Both the position numbers and the translations under genes were made by a program. Of a stretch of 64,000 nt of DNA, positions 8,033 through 16,976 are shown in pieces. A model generated the notes under the pieces. The model searched no databases. It was not told the origin of the DNA and was given only the letters and a program-made list of their open reading frames with translations. This DNA is from Nanobdellota archaeon (lineage in GTDB: Archaea; Nanobdellota; Nanobdellia; Woesearchaeales; GW2011-AR4): positions 39,382 through 103,381 of the forward strand of contig JBBSWH010000001.1 in assembly GCA_038046385.1 (NCBI GenBank). Reading direction: 5' to 3'. How positions within the stretch are numbered: position 1 is the stretch's first letter; each line of letters opens with the position of its first letter.

Positions 8033-8941
8033 TTATAGTTTTTTGTGTTCAAGTTGCCTGATACGATTTAAAATTTTTCCAACCTCTCGTGGCCGCATGA
8101 AAGCCATAAACAGTATAAATGGAATTATAATAAAAGTTGCCCACACAACTATGACATAAATCCAAGTATAAATAACTTCGAATATATTGTTAAATTTATC
8201 AACACTCTCAATAGTTACCGACATAACCAACCAGGTCATAATAAAAAATATGTTTGCTATGGTTATTTTATTTAAGAATCTCGAAACTCTTATTTTATGG
8301 TTCAAGTACTTAATATTGTTCCCCATATGCAAGAAGAGGTAAGCTCCCAAATAAAAGATAACTGATAAGCTAAATTTGAAACTAACTTTATCTGCTGAGT
8401 CTGCACCCCCATTTACTCTGAAAAATAGATTAATAACAGTTCCTAAAAATATGGCTAATGTAGTTAGAAATTCTAATTTAGACTTTAAATCCTTGACATC
8501 AACAGAGGCAACAACTCTTAGTACTTGAGTTTGTTGGACAGTGGTTTCTGGTTTTTCTTTTACAAAAAAAGCAACTACACTCAATAATAATCCCATCAAA
8601 ATGAACAAAAGCTCCAATTGTCTGTAGTATTTTACTTTTTCATTCAGATAAATATATTTATTAGTCAAAGGACCCATATTTTCTGCCAGATTTCTCGCTT
8701 TTAGGGCATAATTTGAGCTATTGATTAAGAATTTTGTATCGCTTTTATTCATGTAATAGATTAGAAAATTAAGGTCAGATTCCGAACTCCAAGAATTAAC
8801 AGCATCACGAACGTAATCTCTTGTAGTAACAAATTCTTCTGATGTGCTTTGATAGAAATCTCCAATGAAATGAAAAAATATCGATAAAGTAACAGCTATG
8901 GTAGAAAGTATAATTAAATTATTTTTTGTTAAGCTAACCAT
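8033..8941 (-). CDS. Hypothetical multi-pass membrane protein
   Basis: 302-aa ORF with several TM segments. Confidence 0.55.
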   Translation of the reverse strand: MVSLTKNNLIILSTIAVTLSIFFHFIGDFYQSTSEEFVTTRDYVRDAVNSWSSESDLNFLIYYMNKSDTKFLINSSNYALKARNLAENMGPLTNKYIYLNEKVKYYRQLELLFILMGLLLSVVAFFVKEKPETTVQQTQVLRVVASVDVKDLKSKLEFLTTLAIFLGTVINLFFRVNGGADSADKVSFKFSLSVIFYLGAYLFLHMGNNIKYLNHKIRVSRFLNKITIANIFFIMTWLVMSVTIESVDKFNNIFEVIYTWIYVIVVWATFIIIPFILFMAFMRPREVGKILNRIRQLEHKKL

Positions 8942-9147
8942 GATTTAACCACCTCACCACCCCTTAACTGTAGTAAATAAGGCTTGTTTTATTAATTTAT
9001 CCAAAAAATATATAAGAAAATAAGCACTGGACACCTATACGCAAAGTTTAAATACTTTTAAAATTAGGGTAGTATCAGGGTATTTCGGTATACGAAATAT
9101 CCAATTCAGTCTAAGTGGTGCGGTTTACGTAATCACTTAGACTTTTT

Positions 9148-9945
9148 TTAAAATCTGGGTTCTGGGAAAACTTTTACTTTAACTGATCCATCTATTACTA
9201 CGCTTCCTATTTCTAAAGTGCATATTGGCTTTAATATTTTTAAGTACCCTTCATTATAGCACTGTTTTTTTAAATTTGAACATAGGAAGCAGTAATAGGA
9301 TCTTTGAAAAGCATAGCAAATTAAATCAGCAATTTCATAAAATGATGACTTGGACATCGGTTCAATATTTAAATCTGCTAATATATTTGAAAAATCTTTT
9401 ACATATGTGGTTCCATTCTTCATTACATCTCGATGCACCCTTTTAATATTAGACGCTAATTTAGTTGAGCTATCACATAAATTTACAATCCCTAAAGAGT
9501 TTTTATTATCTCCTCTTCCCTTAATTATTTTTTGAAATTTCTCTAATACGAACTCGTAAGCTAAAAGATAAGGGTTTGCAGGATGTTTGTATTTTTTCCT
9601 TAGGTTATGATTATCAATAACTATAATTATTGGTTCAATAGGCATCTTTGCAATGAACTCATACAGTTTCAACATTATTTCTTTGCCTTGTTGATCGGTT
9701 AGATACCCCTTATACCTATTTCTGTTGTTCCTGGAGATATGATTTAACTCTACAGCATGGGCTGGAGTAGTTTTAAGCTCTTTAGGGAATAGTGACTCTT
9801 TAAATTCTTTGAAAATCCTACTTTGATTAAAATAATCTTCTTCTTTTATAATTAAACCACCTAAAACAAAGAAATCAGATTGCTCTCTTATGTTAGGGTT
9901 ATCAATACGTGAACTTCCCGATTCATCTAAGTATAAGAGATACAT
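9148..9945 (-). CDS. DUF3800-like protein
   Basis: N-terminus MYLLYLDESGS matches the DUF3800 hallmark (hydrophobic-x-DESG); 265 aa. Confidence 0.6.
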   Translation of the reverse strand: MYLLYLDESGSSRIDNPNIREQSDFFVLGGLIIKEEDYFNQSRIFKEFKESLFPKELKTTPAHAVELNHISRNNRNRYKGYLTDQQGKEIMLKLYEFIAKMPIEPIIIVIDNHNLRKKYKHPANPYLLAYEFVLEKFQKIIKGRGDNKNSLGIVNLCDSSTKLASNIKRVHRDVMKNGTTYVKDFSNILADLNIEPMSKSSFYEIADLICYAFQRSYYCFLCSNLKKQCYNEGYLKILKPICTLEIGSVVIDGSVKVKVFPEPRF

Positions 9946-10210
9946 TATATAGGAAATTTTTTTGGTATTTATAAAGAATACTGTGTTACGCCCCTTTAAT
10001 GAAGAGGTATATGCACGCTTATATTTAAAATATTTTATTTTTTAGGTTTAAATATAATAAAAATTAGGAAAAAGTTTTGGTTATAGGATAACGCCTCGGT
10101 TAAATATATTTGAAGGCCAACCATCCTCCGATTGCAAAAGCTATCAGGCCATAAGCAATAAGTCGAAGTATAAACCTTTTATCCATTCTTTTTGGGCTGT
10201 CGAGTTAGTA

Positions 10211-10609
10211 TTATCTATTAATTGAAAAAAAACTCTCACCTTTTTTATAATTTTTTACCCTTGTAAACTTTTTTGAGTTTGGATAAATTTTAGTAAATTG
10301 ACAATCATCTATATTATCTCCCTTAAATGATATAGTTATCTCATCATAACTGCTCGGATATGTCTTAATTGCAAACTTATGAGCTGTTTCAAGATTATCT
10401 AATGCTATATGAAAAAGCCACTCAATAACAGCTTTTCCCCCCCATTTTTCTTTGATATAATCTTCGTAATCTTTAGTATAGGAATGTCGTTCTATTCTAT
10501 GATTGTATTTTAGCCATTTTCGAGGTTCATCTATCCATTGATGAAGTTCTTGAAAAGTCTGTCCAGTTCTACACTCACTTACTTCCATATGAAATTTTAG
10601 AGACGGCAT
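10211..10609 (-). CDS. Hypothetical protein
   Basis: 132-aa ORF, SD ggagg upstream, His-rich N-terminal half (ELHQWIDEP..HRIERH). Confidence 0.5.
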   Translation of the reverse strand: MPSLKFHMEVSECRTGQTFQELHQWIDEPRKWLKYNHRIERHSYTKDYEDYIKEKWGGKAVIEWLFHIALDNLETAHKFAIKTYPSSYDEITISFKGDNIDDCQFTKIYPNSKKFTRVKNYKKGESFFSINR

Positions 10610-10756
10610 CTTTAATCCTCCTAAACATTTAATTTTTTGGGCTGAAAAAGTAAAAATGAAGGGATAGTTTTTCGTTAGAATAACTTACCTTACCTTTTCC
10701 AGCTTTCCAACATAAAACCATTATAAAACATATTATAAAAGCTTTGCGACATAAAA

Positions 10757-11002
10757 TTAAGGATAATCAATACAAGACTCAGTATTTTCATCAGTACATC
10801 TATTAAATCGTCTACATGCTAAAAACCAGCCTTTGAAGAACCCATATTTCTTAAGTGCCAATATTGCATGATTTGAGCATGAAGGATAAAACCTACAAAT
10901 TATGTTTCTTTTTTTATTAAAATTTCTACCAATTTTCCCGTGCCATACTTTCTTTATAAAAAATATTGATATTAAAATCAAGAGATTATTTTTTCTTCTC
11001 AT
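10757..11002 (-). CDS. yidD: YidD-like membrane protein insertion efficiency factor
   Basis: CRFYPSCSNHAILALKKYGFFKGWFLACRRFNRC matches the YidD CRF-P-(T/S)CS...G...R..RC pattern. Confidence 0.65.
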   Translation of the reverse strand: MRRKNNLLILISIFFIKKVWHGKIGRNFNKKRNIICRFYPSCSNHAILALKKYGFFKGWFLACRRFNRCTDENTESCIDYP

Positions 11003-11294
11003 ATATACTCACTTCTTCAGTGTAATTCTGTGAACCACATTCTGGACATCTTCGTAAATTATCAAGTGAATCTTTAGATGCACCTACATTTCTTTGAGCT
11101 TGTAGAGCTGCACCAGAATTACAACAACACGCATTAGACATTTGGTTTAAAGCAGCAACACCTTTAGCACTTTCAATTTCTTTTTCTCTTTCTGATAAAG
11201 AATGCCACACCTTACCACATTCATTACATTTTCGTTTAAACTCTTTTACGTGCTTGTTCTTATCAAAATCCGCTTCCGAAATCTTTTTGCTCAT
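10986..11294 (-). CDS. Zinc-ribbon protein
   Basis: CNECG ... CPECG cysteine pairs; 102 aa. Confidence 0.55.
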   Translation of the reverse strand: MSKKISEADFDKNKHVKEFKRKCNECGKVWHSLSEREKEIESAKGVAALNQMSNACCCNSGAALQAQRNVGASKDSLDNLRRCPECGSQNYTEEVSIYEKKK

Positions 11295-11318
11295 TTTTCT
11301 AAAGATTATTTAAATATT

Positions 11319-11849
11319 TCAACACATACCATTGGTAAAACTTATCAGTTCTTTGGCATCAGCAGTGTATAGATATATATCTTTGCAAGATTTCATTAAT
11401 TCTAACCTGACGACTGGGATACCACCATCACATTCTTTTGTTTTGGATAGGCACTTATAATAGGCTTGATCTTTTGTTAAAACTTTTGGAGCTTTTGAGG
11501 TTTCATTAACCTTTTGCTGTGGCATGAAGTTAGAAATGAGAATCATAGCAGCTATAACTATAATGCCCCACAAAAAGAATTTTTTATAGTTTGGGTTTTT
11601 CTTATCTATTAAATTTGTTTTACTTACGCTAACATTTTTATTAATTTTATGTTCTCTTGACTTAAAATTCAATTTCTCTTTAAAGAACTTTCGTGATGGT
11701 GGAAGTATCACAAGTCCTATTGCGAGTGAGGTAGTTCCAACAATAAAAGATGAATCTGAAAAATTTCCTAAAGAAGCCAAAATAAAGATAATCCCAAAAA
11801 TCCAGCTAAAAACTCCTCCTAAAGTAATTTTTTTAACATCTTCTACCAT
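11319..11849 (-). CDS. Membrane protein
   Basis: 176-aa ORF with 3 TM and a Cys-containing C-terminal domain. Confidence 0.5.
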   Translation of the reverse strand: MVEDVKKITLGGVFSWIFGIIFILASLGNFSDSSFIVGTTSLAIGLVILPPSRKFFKEKLNFKSREHKINKNVSVSKTNLIDKKNPNYKKFFLWGIIVIAAMILISNFMPQQKVNETSKAPKVLTKDQAYYKCLSKTKECDGGIPVVRLELMKSCKDIYLYTADAKELISFTNGMC

Positions 11850-11881
11850 TAACTTACCACCACACTTCTATATCCATTTTT

Positions 11882-12556
11882 CTACGTTGACCTTAAGTTA
11901 ATATTAAATATATCGTTAATCTCACTATTGGAAGCAACAACTATTTTCAAGTCTTCAAGGTTTTCTGGAATATCAAACAAAACAAAACCTCTTTTTTTAA
12001 TGCCTGGGTTTATAGCATCACCAAACCCTGAAAATAAGGTAAAACTCTCTCCATTGTAAGTTCCAGTAGCATCATTATCACTAAGAAACTCCCTTCCTTG
12101 AATATCCTCTAATTTCATTAAAGTATTATCAAACTTAGCTGCCTTTTTAGCTAAATTTTCAACTTCTACTTCTATAATTAAATAAGTGCCGTCGGCTACT
12201 TGCATGCCACTAAACATTCCACCAGAAAAAGATTTTAGTTCTTTATTGCTTAAAAATGTCCACTTAAAATCTCCGGCCACTATTTCATCTTTAAAATTGT
12301 ACGTTACATTTCCAAAGAATTTTTTCTTACAATCTATAATATTGCTTACAATAGTAGATTCATCAGGGCAGACATATTGTATTTTTTCCACAATCTCAGT
12401 TTTAATTTCAACCTTTGGTGGACAAGAATTACAATCAAGCTCTTGGCACTTTGTAGAAGGACAGGCAGTTTCTTTGCATTCTGGACACTGAGGAACTGCT
12501 TGAGTACAAGCAGTAATAAACAACAATCCTATCAACAATAAAGCATAAACTTTCAA
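11882..12556 (-). CDS. Lipoprotein with Cys-rich linker and DUF4352-like beta-sandwich domain
   Basis: Signal plus lipobox FITAC; CPECKETACPSTKCQELDCNSCPP; C-terminal ..GTYLIIEVEVENLAKKA.. pattern. Confidence 0.6.
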   Translation of the reverse strand: MKVYALLLIGLLFITACTQAVPQCPECKETACPSTKCQELDCNSCPPKVEIKTEIVEKIQYVCPDESTIVSNIIDCKKKFFGNVTYNFKDEIVAGDFKWTFLSNKELKSFSGGMFSGMQVADGTYLIIEVEVENLAKKAAKFDNTLMKLEDIQGREFLSDNDATGTYNGESFTLFSGFGDAINPGIKKRGFVLFDIPENLEDLKIVVASNSEINDIFNINLRST

Positions 12557-12618
12557 ATTAAATACCCCCTAATAGATAATTTTTGAAGATGGCTTTAAAT
12601 AATTTTCTATCCTCTTAA

Positions 12619-12663
12619 TATTACGCTGATTATCACGCTTTCTTTTATTCTGATTATTACGCT
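12619..12663. promoter_or_regulatory. Direct-repeat operator candidate upstream of the wHTH gene
   Basis: ctgattatcacgct (12626-12639) and ctgattattacgct (12650-12663), plus attacgct at 12619-12626. Confidence 0.4.
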
Positions 12664-12671
12664 ATAGATAT

Positions 12672-12926
12672 ATGGATGACGAGTTAAAAATATTCTTAGC
12701 AAGAAGCAAGCTTAGAAGTAAGATTTTACAAGAGTTAGAAGAAAAGCCTCAAATAGCTTCTTTTTTGGCAAAAAAGATTAAAAAGCATAGAGAAGTTATA
12801 AGCAGGGTATTTTTGGATTTACAGAGAAAAAAGTTAGCTGTATGCACAAATTCAAAAGATTCAAGCTTTAGGTATTACAAAATAACAGAGCAAGGCAAAA
12901 AGGCACTTAAAGAGTTAAGAGTTTGA
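12672..12926 (+). CDS. Winged-helix transcriptional regulator (ArsR/TrmB-like)
   Basis: 84 aa; ..RSKILQELEEKPQIASFLAKKIKKHREVISRVFLDLQRKKL.. Confidence 0.6.
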   Translation: MDDELKIFLARSKLRSKILQELEEKPQIASFLAKKIKKHREVISRVFLDLQRKKLAVCTNSKDSSFRYYKITEQGKKALKELRV

Positions 12927-13093
12927 ATTTTCAAAATCTGACAAAAATTTCTGACAAGCGGTAGCTTTACCATATAAGAGATAAAAAATTCTACCCCCAC
13001 CCCCTATATGAAGTAATACTACTTCTATATTCTACATCCTATATAAGTCAGCACAGAAGTATTTATATAGTAGGCTTACTTTATTTATGAAAT

Positions 13094-13291
13094 ATGGAAG
13101 AACTAAAAGGAAAGAAAGTTAAGATTGTAACACTCAATTACTTCGAGACTAAGCAGAATGGGTTAATCAAAAGGCAGTACAGGGTTAGTATTGCTCCTAA
13201 GATTATAGAAAGCTTAGAACTGAAGGCTCACGATAAGCTCAAAGTATGGGTTAACAAGGCAAAGAAGCAGATTAGAATGACAAAATTATAA
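13094..13291 (+). CDS. AbrB/SpoVT-like small DNA-binding protein (tentative)
   Basis: 65 aa; RVSIAPKIIESLELKAHDKLKV resembles the AbrB/MazE swapped-hairpin motif. Confidence 0.45.
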   Translation: MEELKGKKVKIVTLNYFETKQNGLIKRQYRVSIAPKIIESLELKAHDKLKVWVNKAKKQIRMTKL

Positions 13292-13334
13292 TCATAAGAC
13301 TGCTGGCATAGACCAGCAGCTTGGAGTAAACAAA

Positions 13335-13496
13335 ATGGCTTGCGACCAATTAGATACTCCACAGGAAGCAGTTCCTGTGGCTATTAAAAACCTTTCTGGA
13401 CAAGAAAAGGTATTCAAAGACCAAAAGGCTCAGGATAGATTTGAGTACCTTGTAAGAACAAGGAATAAGGTTTGGGCAATTGTAAAATTCAAATAG
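13335..13496 (+). CDS. Small hypothetical protein (53 aa)
   Basis: Manual ORF MACDQLDTPQEAVPVAIKNLSGQEK...; below the track cutoff. Confidence 0.3.
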   Translation: MACDQLDTPQEAVPVAIKNLSGQEKVFKDQKAQDRFEYLVRTRNKVWAIVKFK

Positions 13497-13779
13497 AATT
13501 TTTTTTATTTTTCTTTTTATCCGATTCTTTTGTAAAATATGTTAGTAACTGTCCCATCATTGAATTTGGACTTATTCTTAGGGCGAGGCTTTCTAATGGG
13601 TATTTTTGGGCATTTAATGAAGATTTAAACTTTCCAATGTCTGATTTTGGGCCAGAGCTTCTTTCTCTTGAAATTTGAGCAAGCAGTTCTTTCCAATTTG
13701 AAGTTCGTTCTCTCCACTTCCTTCCTTCTGCTGCTATCTCAGGATTACCCTTTGGATTATTCCACCTTTTACCTATCAT
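13489..13779 (-). CDS. Hypothetical protein
   Basis: 96-aa ORF; competes with an antisense 68-aa ORF. Confidence 0.35.
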   Translation of the reverse strand: MIGKRWNNPKGNPEIAAEGRKWRERTSNWKELLAQISRERSSGPKSDIGKFKSSLNAQKYPLESLALRISPNSMMGQLLTYFTKESDKKKNKKNSI

Positions 13780-14057
13780 TTTTTGGTTTTGGAAGATAGT
13801 TCGTTTGGTTATTATCGATAAGTTATGAATATAAGTATTATAATCATTCTTCCTTCTTCAATAGGGCTATTATTTTTCGGTTTAGGGCTTCAAGTTGGTT
13901 AAGTTTATACCTTACCCAATCCTCAAAGTTTAACCCTTCTTCTTTTTCTTCCATTTTATAAATAATATAATTATTATATTATTGAGATGTATACTATGTA
14001 CTACGTACTGAACGTGAGATAGTGTCAAATAACATTGATGTTATGATAATATCCATA

Positions 14058-14462
14058 TTATTGTTCATGTAGTTTTGGTTTAACTTTATTCAATAAATAT
14101 TCAAATTCTTCATCTGAAAGGTCTTTTCCAAAGTTTTCGTAAAACCCTTGTTTTTGACCTTCAAAGAATTTTCTGTCTCTCTCAATAGCCTGTAGAGCGT
14201 TCTTCAAATATGGAATCCAATTTGAGTTAAGTTCTACTTTGATTTCTTCTATGCGACTTCTGCCTTTTAGTTTCTCTAATTCTTCACTCTCTTCTCTCAG
14301 TTCTTGCTGTCTTTTTTCTATTTCCTTATCAGTAAACAAATTGCTATCAATCAGTTTTCTGATATATTGAGATCTGTCCTTGCCAAGAATATTCATTCTG
14401 GCTATCTGCTCTGGTGTTAGCGTTATGCTGACATTAACAAATCTTGAGTGGTATTGTTTCAT
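14058..14462 (-). CDS. Ribbon-helix-helix (CopG-like) protein with coiled-coil tail
   Basis: VSITLTPEQIARMNILGKDRSQYIRKLID RHH pattern. Confidence 0.6.
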   Translation of the reverse strand: MKQYHSRFVNVSITLTPEQIARMNILGKDRSQYIRKLIDSNLFTDKEIEKRQQELREESEELEKLKGRSRIEEIKVELNSNWIPYLKNALQAIERDRKFFEGQKQGFYENFGKDLSDEEFEYLLNKVKPKLHEQ

Positions 14463-14655
14463 TTTTCTCCAGTTTTTTACGAATAAGTGAGCTTAAGTCT
14501 ATGCCGAGTTGTAAAGCCTCATGTTTTAATTGCAGTAACCTATCGGCTTCTAAACGAAAAGCTAAAAATTCTGTCTTCTTTTGGATATGATTGGATTTTT
14601 TCTCAAAGCCAGGGTGATAGTATTGTTTTTGCATAGTTATCACTACGTTATACAT
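14434..14655 (-). CDS. RHH-like small protein
   Basis: LAFRLEADRLLQLKHEALQLGIDLSSLIRKKLE. Confidence 0.5.
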   Translation of the reverse strand: MYNVVITMQKQYYHPGFEKKSNHIQKKTEFLAFRLEADRLLQLKHEALQLGIDLSSLIRKKLEKNETIPLKIC

Positions 14656-14780
14656 ACCTTTTTATTTCAGAATTAGCTACCCTTTATTGCTTAGGTTTGG
14701 AAGCTAATTCCTTACTTAATTCTTGCTCTGCCTCCTCTGTCAAGGAGGCTATTCTTTTAATTATATTATTATAAACTAAG

Positions 14781-14921
14781 TTAGGATTTTTCATTTTCTT
14801 TTACTGCCATTTGAATTAGTTGAAAAACAAGGTTGCTAACTGACCTACCATCTTTTTTTGCTTTATTTTTTATCTTTTCAGCAAGTTCATCTGAAATAAT
14901 AGTTTGGAGTTTTTTACTCAT
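14781..14921 (-). CDS. RHH (CopG-like) small protein, 46 aa
   Basis: Manual ORF MSKKLQTIISDELAEKIKNKAKKDGRSVSNLVFQLIQMAVKENEKS. Confidence 0.45.
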   Translation of the reverse strand: MSKKLQTIISDELAEKIKNKAKKDGRSVSNLVFQLIQMAVKENEKS

Positions 14922-15010
14922 GCTAATCGAAATGAGTATAGTGGATTAATATATAAAGAGTGATTCAATGGCAAGTTATTTGTAACACTTCGCACAAGTG
15001 CTATATTTTT

Positions 15011-15406
15011 CTAACCGGTTAGAAACCGGTTTCCACTTTTTGAAAAGTATGGGAAAGATGGAACGCGAAATCGATTTCGCAAATTGAAGCAATATGGCAA
15101 AAACTCAAATGCCAACCGGTTGGCGAACCTAAAACAATATGGTAGGGTGGGACCTGAGCATTTGACAAACCGGTTTGTCAAATTGCAACCGGTTGCAAAA
15201 TTTGAAGAAATATGGGGATGGGACTGAAAATCGATTTTCAAGATTGAAACAATACGGAATTAGGTTGCTTATAATATCTCTTTTGGTGCCGATTTTCTGG
15301 AAATCGATTTCCACTTCCAAAAATTGTTTTCGCTTTTGTCGAATCGATTCGACAAAACCAAGTAAAAATGTCAAACCGGTTTGCCATTTTGTCAAATCGA
15401 TTTTAC
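15011..15406. repeat. Array of 11 short palindromes (AAAYCGRTTT cores) interleaved with 5 TTGAARNAATATGG motifs
   Basis: Perfect palindromes at 15011-22, 15022-33, 15065-80, 15111-24, 15163-80, 15183-98, 15225-40, 15299-312, 15337-54 and 15372-83; one imperfect at 15391-406. Confidence 0.85.
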
Positions 15407-15428
15407 ATTTACTAAATATCTAAATAAA

Positions 15429-16703
15429 CTAATTCTTTAATTCCTTAATCTCCTTCTGTAGTTCTGAAACTATCTTAAACAACTTTTGTACCTCTGGGAT
15501 CTGCATAAAATTATCATATTTTTGCATTTGATCTTGTATCTTTGTTCTATCTAAGGGCCTCTTGCAGTTGTTGCACGTTTCAGAAGTAAACCCATTTTTT
15601 ACATTACAGAATAAGCAGTCTTTGATTTTTGGCTGCAATTCCTTATATTTTTCATCCTGAACTAATCCTCTTTTTACCAGCTCAATCTTAAAGGATTCAT
15701 CATGCTGGCTTAAATCATAAGTTTTGAGCTGTTTGTTAGACGTCCATCTTGCAGCGTGCTGTATTTCTAAATCACTATCCCCTCTTAATCTCCGGAAAGT
15801 TACTCCATTTCGCTTTAGGGAATAAGCAGTCACGGGCTTTTCTATTCCAAGATATTTACAGGCTGTATGTATCTTGTTGTTGATGTTTTTAGGCTTAAAT
15901 TGTTGCCCAAATTCTCTGTCACTCAAATTGACGAATAGAAAGGCATCTTTATTCTTCTTAAGCGGATGTTGCTCTAACCATTTTATAAGATAAGGATAGC
16001 TATCTATACATTGCAAAAATCCTGTTCCTTCTTTTCCATGCTCAGAAATCCATATCTTAGCATAGTTATCATAAAGCTCGACATCTTTTACTTTTGTGTA
16101 AAGAATTTCTTGTGGTCTTCCTAAACTTTCCAATGACAAAGTTAGATAAAACTGCATCCTTGGATCATTAGAAAAGAAACTAACTACTTTTTCAAACTCT
16201 TCAAACGTAACCTTATCACCCCTCCTTTTTTCTTTGCTTTTGTCAATTTTAGGGCTTAAATGCCTAACGGGATATGGCACAAGTGTATCGTCAATTCTTT
16301 CTCTTTCATCCTTTTCAGGAAAAAGCACCTTCCACATATGCTTTAGGTCTCTTATGAAATCAGATTTGCTCTTTGGAGACTTATAGGAAGTATGCATAAA
16401 AGATACAATGCTGTTGACATCCTCTCTTTCCAAATCCTTTAAGTCCTTGTCAGTTGAATTGCAAATAAGCCTCATACTCATAAGAAGCCGATTTCGCCTA
16501 ACATAGCTAAGATCTTTAGCTTCAAAAACTTTGAATAGCTGCTCGAAATAGACTAAATTATCCTTATTCTTGCAGTAGTACTTACCTCTCTTAGTTACTT
16601 CCTGCCTTTCTTCAGGCTTTACAACAAATTGATCCAGGTTTTTCTTAAATCTCCCGTAAATCCTTTCATTATGGTATATATCGTCTTCTGCCATGGCTAT
16701 CAT
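15429..16703 (-). CDS. Tyrosine recombinase/integrase with C-terminal zinc ribbon
   Basis: 424 aa; HAARWTS...LKTYD (HxxR...Y catalytic box); CLFCN..CNNC; lies directly downstream of the tRNA-Leu 3' end. Confidence 0.8.
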   Translation of the reverse strand: MIAMAEDDIYHNERIYGRFKKNLDQFVVKPEERQEVTKRGKYYCKNKDNLVYFEQLFKVFEAKDLSYVRRNRLLMSMRLICNSTDKDLKDLEREDVNSIVSFMHTSYKSPKSKSDFIRDLKHMWKVLFPEKDERERIDDTLVPYPVRHLSPKIDKSKEKRRGDKVTFEEFEKVVSFFSNDPRMQFYLTLSLESLGRPQEILYTKVKDVELYDNYAKIWISEHGKEGTGFLQCIDSYPYLIKWLEQHPLKKNKDAFLFVNLSDREFGQQFKPKNINNKIHTACKYLGIEKPVTAYSLKRNGVTFRRLRGDSDLEIQHAARWTSNKQLKTYDLSQHDESFKIELVKRGLVQDEKYKELQPKIKDCLFCNVKNGFTSETCNNCKRPLDRTKIQDQMQKYDNFMQIPEVQKLFKIVSELQKEIKELKN

Positions 16704-16759
16704 TCTCCTGCTTCCGACTTATATACTCTTGTTAAACAACGCATTCATTTAGAAAATAG

Positions 16760-16878
16760 GTGCGGGGGAAGGGATTCGAACCCCCGAATCCACTAAGGAA
16801 CAGGATAGCTTATCTCGCTTACAGCGCGAGTGTTCCATCTTAAGTCCTGCGCGTTTGGCCAGGCTTCGCTACCCCCGC
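16760..16878 (-). tRNA. tRNA-Leu(UAA), class II, ~32-nt intron in the anticodon loop
   Basis: GCGGGGG/CCCCCGC+A acceptor, CAGGA-CTTAAGA..[intron]..TCCTG, long variable arm, GGGGG-TTCGAAT-CCCTT. Confidence 0.8.
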
Positions 16879-16976
16879 ATAAAACCAATGATTCAAAGAC
16901 CTTATTTAAATGTTTTCAGAATTATTGAAAATTTTGTGAGTTAATACCTCCTATCTTAGTACGAAATTTTCAATCT

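Larger units (their letters stand above)
7404..16770 (-). mobile_element. Integrated element (~9.4 kb) in the 3' end of tRNA-Leu(UAA), tyrosine-integrase type
   Basis: Integrase gene abuts the tRNA 3' end. The 11-nt core tgcgggggaag repeats at 7404-7414 and 16760-16770, with nearby agaaaata in both and a degenerate T-arm at 7415-7435. Cargo is almost all on one strand. Confidence 0.75.

Noticed and set aside
15011-15406. CRISPR array interpretation of the palindrome cluster
   Set aside because: No constant repeat unit, since every palindrome has different arms. Spacing is irregular (42-72 bp for the companion motif) and no cas genes or leader are present.
15011-15423. ORFs 15011-15241, 15129-15395 (-) and 15175-15423 (+)
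   Set aside because: Their repeated peptides (PYCFNLRNRF etc.) simply mirror the DNA palindrome/iteron array. Three mutually overlapping frames are open, which argues for a non-coding region.
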